From: Tubulanus polymorphus | Taxonomy: Eukaryota > Animalia > Nemertea | Direction: 5' to 3' | Assembly (NCBI RefSeq): GCF_964204645.1 | Contig: NC_134033.1 | Location: forward strand, 9,804,655 to 9,868,654 | Length of the DNA stretch: 64,000 nucleotides | Part shown: piece by piece, positions 57,790 through 64,000 of the stretch | How positions within the stretch are numbered: position 1 is the stretch's first letter | Layout of the letters: each line of letters begins with the position of its first letter | Translations under genes and position numbers: made by a program | The notes under the pieces: generated by a model | Told to the model about the DNA's origin: nothing | The model's input: the letters and a program-made list of their open reading frames with translations, nothing else | Database searches by the model: none

Positions 57790-58260
57790 CCTGGGATTTT
57801 GAGGATTTAAATTGGGGACTCAAATGAATTACTATCCCCTCTAAGATGAACTATAGTCCCCTGTGTACATGCATATTTGTGACTTAACAACAAAAAGTCT
57901 AGAGTTCATGCAAACTGGTTATTAACTGACTATTAAGAACAATATTTTCCCTTTTAATTTAAGTATGTATTTTGAGGATATAAATTCAGGACTCAGACGA
58001 ATTCCTATCTCCTTTTTGAGAAACTATAGTCCCCTGTGTACATTCAAAGATTTGTGACTAAACAAAAGTCTAGTGTTCACGCAAACTGTTTATTAACTGG
58101 TTATTTTCCCTTTTAAAGTATATATTTTGAGGATTTAAATTCGGGACTCAAACGATATACTATCATCATTACTACTTTCATGCAAACTGGTTATTAACTG
58201 ACTATTAAGAACAATATTTTCCCTTTTAATTAAAGTATGTATTTTGAGGATTTGAATTGT
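57790..58260. repeat. Short degenerate tandem repeat (~120-175-bp units)
   Basis: TTTTGAGGAT(T/A)T recurs at about 57797, 57970, 58125 and 58242. Confidence 0.7.
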
Positions 58261-59859
58261 TCTATTTTCCTTACATATTTCTATGTGTAAGTAAGTATAT
58301 ATCCATATATCAAATGAAACGAAGGATTTAGAAATGAGGTTCCGTTTATATTGAATTAAAAGGATTTGTCATAGTTCCTTGCACTCAAAAATGTATAAGT
58401 CAAAATATCTATGTAACCATATAAATCTAATGAATGTTGAGGCGTCTATTTGATGTGTTTAACACTTCCCTACAAGTATATAATAAAGCTACATTTAATT
58501 TATAAGGAACGTTATATTAGACTGATATATCATACTTTAAAGAAAAGATTTGTTGGATATCCTTGTCGCAAGGAAAATATATGACAAGATATCTACATAA
58601 AAGTTTAAATCTAATCTGTGTTCAAGCTTGTATTTGATATTATCCTACATGTAAATGACAAATTTCTATTCAATTTAATATAATATGAAGCAGAAGTATT
58701 CCCAAATAGGTGGTCAAACATTTGTTCTGGGTAGTCTGTTTGTGGAAACAGTCACTCCTCAAATGAAAGATCAGATTAACCCTATTATTTCAAAAAGAAT
58801 TATCCGATAGAATGCTATTACTTGTTAATGATTCATCAGGGTAATAAAATGTTCTGAATTCAATCACCTGTCTATAAAACAAACTACAAAAATGTAAGAA
58901 ACCTATCATCACTTTATGAGATTGTTTAAATTCTGAGAGCTTTCCAAGTAGGAGTACAATTGGAATAACAAAATTGATTTTATTTTATTTCATTTCATTT
59001 TTCTCTCTTTAAATAAATATAATCTATTAAGGCATCTCAAGAATATACGATTTTGATGGTCATTATTATACCTGAAAAATACTTGTGTCTTATCCAACTA
59101 CCTGTGCAACTCTAGGACCGATAATCTAAATACAGTTTTTATGAATACTATACAAACTTCAATCCAAGAAATTCTATTTGCTTTAAATGATCAGATTCTC
59201 TCTTCAGTATCTCAAAAATTTACAATTTGTATGGGTATGAGTTACCCTTGGAAAAACTTATCTTTTATCCAAGGACCTGTGCAACTCTCGGACGGATATA
59301 TCTGAATACAGTTTTCTTGAATAATGTGTGAACTCCAACGGTTCAAACAATTCTCTTCATATTGAGTGATCAGATTTTGATATAAGGTGTTGCTCCTATT
59401 CAAAGAAAAGGATCTGTTTTATTTTGTTGTCTTAAAAAATGTATATGACAAAATATTTGCATAACCGTATAAATCTAATTCATGTTCAGGCTTATATGAT
59501 CTGTTTGACAATTACCTACATGTACATGATAAGTTTACATTCAATTTGATATAATTATAATAGAAGATAATTGAAGTAGAAGTATTCCCCAATAGGTGGT
59601 CAAACATTTGTTCTGAGTGTAGTCAGTTGCAGCGCTTTTATAAAGTTCGTGGAAACAGTCATTCCTTAAATAAAAGATAAGATTTACCCCATGATTTCAA
59701 TTGAAATTAACCAATAGAATGCTATAAATTTTAACATTGTGTCATTCTTTCTAAGGAAAACGTTTCATCAGCATAATAAGTTGTGTTAAACTTAATTAAA
59801 ACTAACTTCACAAAAATCATAGCATTTTCTTTTACAGACTCCATTTGTCCATTTGTACC

Positions 59860-61960
59860 TTAATAGTGGCCATAGGACTCTGAAACATCTCAGGCTGTTA
59901 GGGAAAGGTTAAATCTAAGTGTACAAAGTTTAAAAAGGGCCTTAGACCCTTGGTTGTGGAGCCAGAAACTTTCTTGCGCGGCCATACCAGGGACCTCACG
60001 CTGCCACGCAACCACTTTTCCAGGTGTCGGAGGACCCTTTAGAGAGGACCCTTTTTAGACTCGGAAATTTCTCGGGTATCAAGAAGGGTTCCTATTGTAC
60101 GTACAGAACTATTAAAACCTTTGGCCGTGGGGCCGTTGAGCCTATGCGTCCCTGCCCAAACCATGAAAATGAGTGTCGGAGATCGAGAGCTAAAAAGCTA
60201 CCCCCTTCTAACTTCTCGGGCGACCCTTTAGAAAACTCTTAGCACCCTCCAATATTTTTTTAGTTAGGGGAGATCTTATTTAAGGGTACGGGGCTTACAA
60301 AGGACCCTTGACTTATTAGCAGAGCAGAAAAATTTTCCGGGGATGCGCTCCACCCTTTAGAGAGGGCCTAGGGCTCTAAAACTTCTCGCGTATTTAGACG
60401 GGGTCCTATCGTACATATAGAACCATTAAAAGCCTTGGGCGGGGGACTGTTGAGCCTAGGCGCCCCATGCCCAAACTGCGAAAATGAGTGTAGCAGATAG
60501 TTGAAAATACACTAAGATGATCCCGGAAAAGCGAAGGGCAACCCTTGATAGTGGCCCTAGGGAATCTGAAACTTCTGAGGCACTTAGGGGAAGGTCTAAT
60601 CGAAGTGTGCAAAGCTTAAAAAAAGGCCCTTAGACCATGGGTTGCGAAGCCAGAAACGTCGTGCGGCCATACCAGGGGTCTCTGGCAGCCGCACAACCAC
60701 ATTTCGGGGGGGGGGGGGTCGGAGGACCCTGTAGAGAGGGCCTAGGGTTCTGAAACTTCTCGGATATTTGGAAGGGGTTTAGTAAGTATAGAACCATTAA
60801 AACCCTTGGCCGGGGGTCCGTTGAGAATTTTTTGCTGGGGTCTTATGCACCTAGTCCCCTGCCCAAACTGCGAGAATGAGTGTCGGAGATAGACTGAAAA
60901 TACACTACATTGAGACCTGAGAAGCCACCCCCTTCTTACTTCTTGGGTGACCTTAATAATGAACCTAGGGATCCGAATCTTCTTATGCGCCTAGGGGAGT
61001 GTCTATTCTAATTAAAAAAGGGCCTTAGACCCTTGGTTGTGGGGTGAGAAACTTTGTCACGCAGCCATACCAGGGGTCTCTGGCAGCCGCACAACCACAT
61101 TGCGGGGGGTCGGAGGGCCCTTTAGAGAAGGCCTAGGGCTCTGAACCTTCTCCGGTATTTAGAAGGGGTCCTATAATACGAATAGAACCTTTAAAATCCT
61201 GGGCCGCGGGTCTGTTGAGCCTAGGCACCCCCTGCCCAAACTGCGAAAATGAGTTTTTTGAGATTAAGAGCTGAAAAGGGACCCCCTTCTAACTTCTCGG
61301 GTGACCCTTTAGAAAGCTCTTATCACACTCAAATTTTTTAGACAGAGGAGGGTCGAATCTAAGTGTGCAAATCATTAAAAAGGGCCCTAGACCCTTGGTT
61401 GTGGAGCGAGAAACTTCGCGCGGCCATACCAGTGGTCTCTGGCCGCAGCGCACGACCACGAAAAGCGAACCCCTTCTAACTTCTCGGCCGACTTTGTAGA
61501 AAGCTCTTAGCACCCTACAATATTTTTTTAGATAGGGGATGGTCTTATCTAAGTGTACAACGCTTAGAAAATGACCCTAGACTCTTATTTGCGGTGCAGA
61601 ATTTTTTTGCTGGGGTCCGATGAGCCTAGTCATCCCCTGCCCAAACTGTGAAAATGAGTGTTTGAGATAGTTGAAAATACACCAAGTTGTGACCTGAAAA
61701 GTGACCCCCTTCTTACTTCTCAGGCGACCCTCTAGGGTTCTGAAACTTCTCAGGTATTTAAAAGGGGTCCTAAGGTATAGAACCATTAAAACCCTGGGGC
61801 TGGGGGTCCGTTTAGCCTAGGCGCCTCCTACCAAAACCTCATAAATGAGTGTCAGAGATAGTTGAAACCTGAAAATTGACCCCCATCTAACTTCTCTGGC
61901 GACCCTTGGCAGGCAAATAAGTTAGGCTCTTATCTAAGTGTACAAACTTAGAAAATGCAT
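59860..61960. repeat. GC-richer complex tandem repeat inserted in the AT-rich satellite
   Basis: CCCAAACTGCGAAAATGAGTGT-like motif at about 60155, 60471, 60863, 61235, 61640 and 61831. The modules are shuffled and spacing is irregular. Confidence 0.8.
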
Positions 61961-64000
61961 GCACAACCTTCCATTGAGTAGCAGCGCCCCCTATATTTTT
62001 GGTTAACTAAGTAAAATAGGGACTTCAAACAAACTTTTAACGAGTCAGACGTCTTGAAGAATGTAAAAAAGAGTCGAAATAGCGTCTGCAAAACGGGTTT
62101 ATCTGAAAACCGGACATAGTTATTAGCTTAAGAAATTTTTGAAAAACTTGGAAAAGCAATGTTGGCCTTTGGTTCCCTAGTCATTTTCTTATGATAGCGA
62201 TAATAACTAAACTAGGGCTAAACTGGATTATTCTTTTCAATCGTTTTTCTCCTATCATAAGTTTTCATTTGACACCGAGTTTTAAAGTTAACCTTCAAAA
62301 ATAAAAAAGTTATGGACGTTTTTGTGATTTAAAAATTTAATTATTTGTCTATGAAACTAATTTCACAAAAATCATAGAATTTTCTTGTACAAAATCATTT
62401 TGTCCATAGACCTTGTGCAACTTTATGAAATTGCTTAATATATATGAGGGCATTACAATTTGGATTGTTATTGAATATCGGAATTAATTTCATTTTATTG
62501 CAATTCTTTTATATAGATATACTCTACTAATGTATCTCTAACAATACAATTTGTATGGGTATGAGTAACCCTTAATCAAAACTTATTTTTTGTCTAAGGA
62601 CCTGTGCTACTTTTGGACAGGAATACAGTTTTCCTAAATAATGTATAAACTCGAATGATTCCAACAATTCACTTCATATTGAGTGGCCAGATTTCGATAT
62701 TAGGTGTTGCATCTATTCATAGAAAAAGATATGTCTTATTTCGATGTCTTAAAAGATGTATAAGAAAAATTTCTACATAACCGTATGAATCTTATGCGTT
62801 TTCTGGCTTCTATTTGATCTGTTCGAAACTTACCTACAGGTACGTAAAAAATTTTAATTCAATTTGATATAATTTGAAGTAGAAGTATTCCCAGATAGGT
62901 GGTCAAACATTTGTTCTGAGTATAGTCAGTTGCAATGCTTATATCAAGTTCGTGGAAATAGTTACTCATCATATAAAAAATAAAGATTTACCCCATGATT
63001 TCAATCAAAATCAACCAATAGGATTCTAGAACTTTTGACATTGTTTACTCTTTCTAAGGAAAATCATTCATCAGGGTAATAAGTTGTTTTGAATTTAGTT
63101 ATTTGTCTTTAAAACTAACTTCACTTAAATCGTAGAATTTTCTTGTATGAAATCAATTTGTCCATAGATCTTGTTCAACTTTATGAAATTGCTTAATTTC
63201 TGAGGATTGTTATGAAAATATGAGAATTAATTTCATTTTATTGCAATTCTTTTGTGTCAATATCCCGTACTAAGGTATCTCTAACAATACAATTTGTATG
63301 GGTATGAGTAACCCTTAATCAAAACTTATTTTTTATCCAAGGACCTGTGCAACGTTCGGGCGGGAATACAGTTTTCCTGAATAATGTACAAACTCGAACG
63401 GTTCAAACAATTCTCTTCATATTGAGTGGCCAGGTTTTGATATTAGGTGTTGCATCTATTCATAGAAAAGGATATGTCTTATTTCGATATCTCAAAAGAT
63501 GTATAAGAAAAATTTCTACATAACCGTATGAATCTTATGCGTTTTCTGGCTTCTATTTGATCTGTTCAAAACTTACCTACAGGTACGTAAAAAATTTTAA
63601 TTCAATTTGATATAATTTGAAGTAGAAGTATTCCCAGATAGGTGGTCAAACATTTGTTCTGAGTATAGTCAGTTGCAATGCTTATATCAAGTTCGTGGAA
63701 ATAGTTACTCATCATATAAAAAATAAAGATTTACCCCATGATTTCAATCAAAATCAACCAATAGGATTCTAGAACTTTTGACATTGTTTTACTCTTTCTA
63801 ATGAAAATCATTCATCAGGGTAATAAGTTGTTTTGAATTTAGTTATTTGTCTTTAAAACTAACTTAACTAAAATCATAGAATTTTCTTGTACGAAATCAT
63901 TTTGTCCATAGACGTTGTGTAACTTTATGGAATTGCTTGATTTCTGAGGGCTTTACAATTAGGATTGTTATTGAATTTCGGAATTTATTTCATTTTATTG

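Larger units (their letters stand above)
56400..64000. repeat. AT-rich satellite-like array, ~745-760-bp unit (diverged on the left, homogeneous at 62340-64000)
   Basis: AGAAGTATTCCC..ATAGGTGGTCAAACATTTGTTCTG recurs at about 58692, 59578, 62881 and 63624, with a degenerate copy at about 56590. Unit starts at about 62354, 63112 and 63856. Confidence 0.85.

Overview
AT-rich, repeat-dense animal genomic DNA with spliceosomal GT-AG introns, probably from a marine invertebrate (inferred from the repeat types). One host gene is supported: 13 + strand exons (10540-44199) that splice into an open 731-codon frame of an ABCC/MRP1-like transporter covering lasso/L0, TMD1, NBD1 and the linker. Its 5' exons and its TMD2/NBD2 half were not found in the window. 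Almost everything else is transposable elements. (1) A full-length DIRS1-type tyrosine-recombinase retrotransposon (1521-7625) with ITRs, ICR, gag, RT-RNaseH-methyltransferase and YR, nested in a hAT-like MITE. (2) Penelope-like elements, including a young 1.15-kb palindromic insertion with two minimal hammerhead ribozyme motifs (45048-46235). (3) An intron-containing, decayed Zator-type transposase. (4) Several Helentron/HINE-like non-autonomous families nested in one another. (5) hAT-like MITEs with 5-6 bp TSDs, two tRNA-derived SINEs, a LINE fragment, a long-TIR element, and satellite arrays at the right end. Coordinates and identities were read by eye. No database searches were run.
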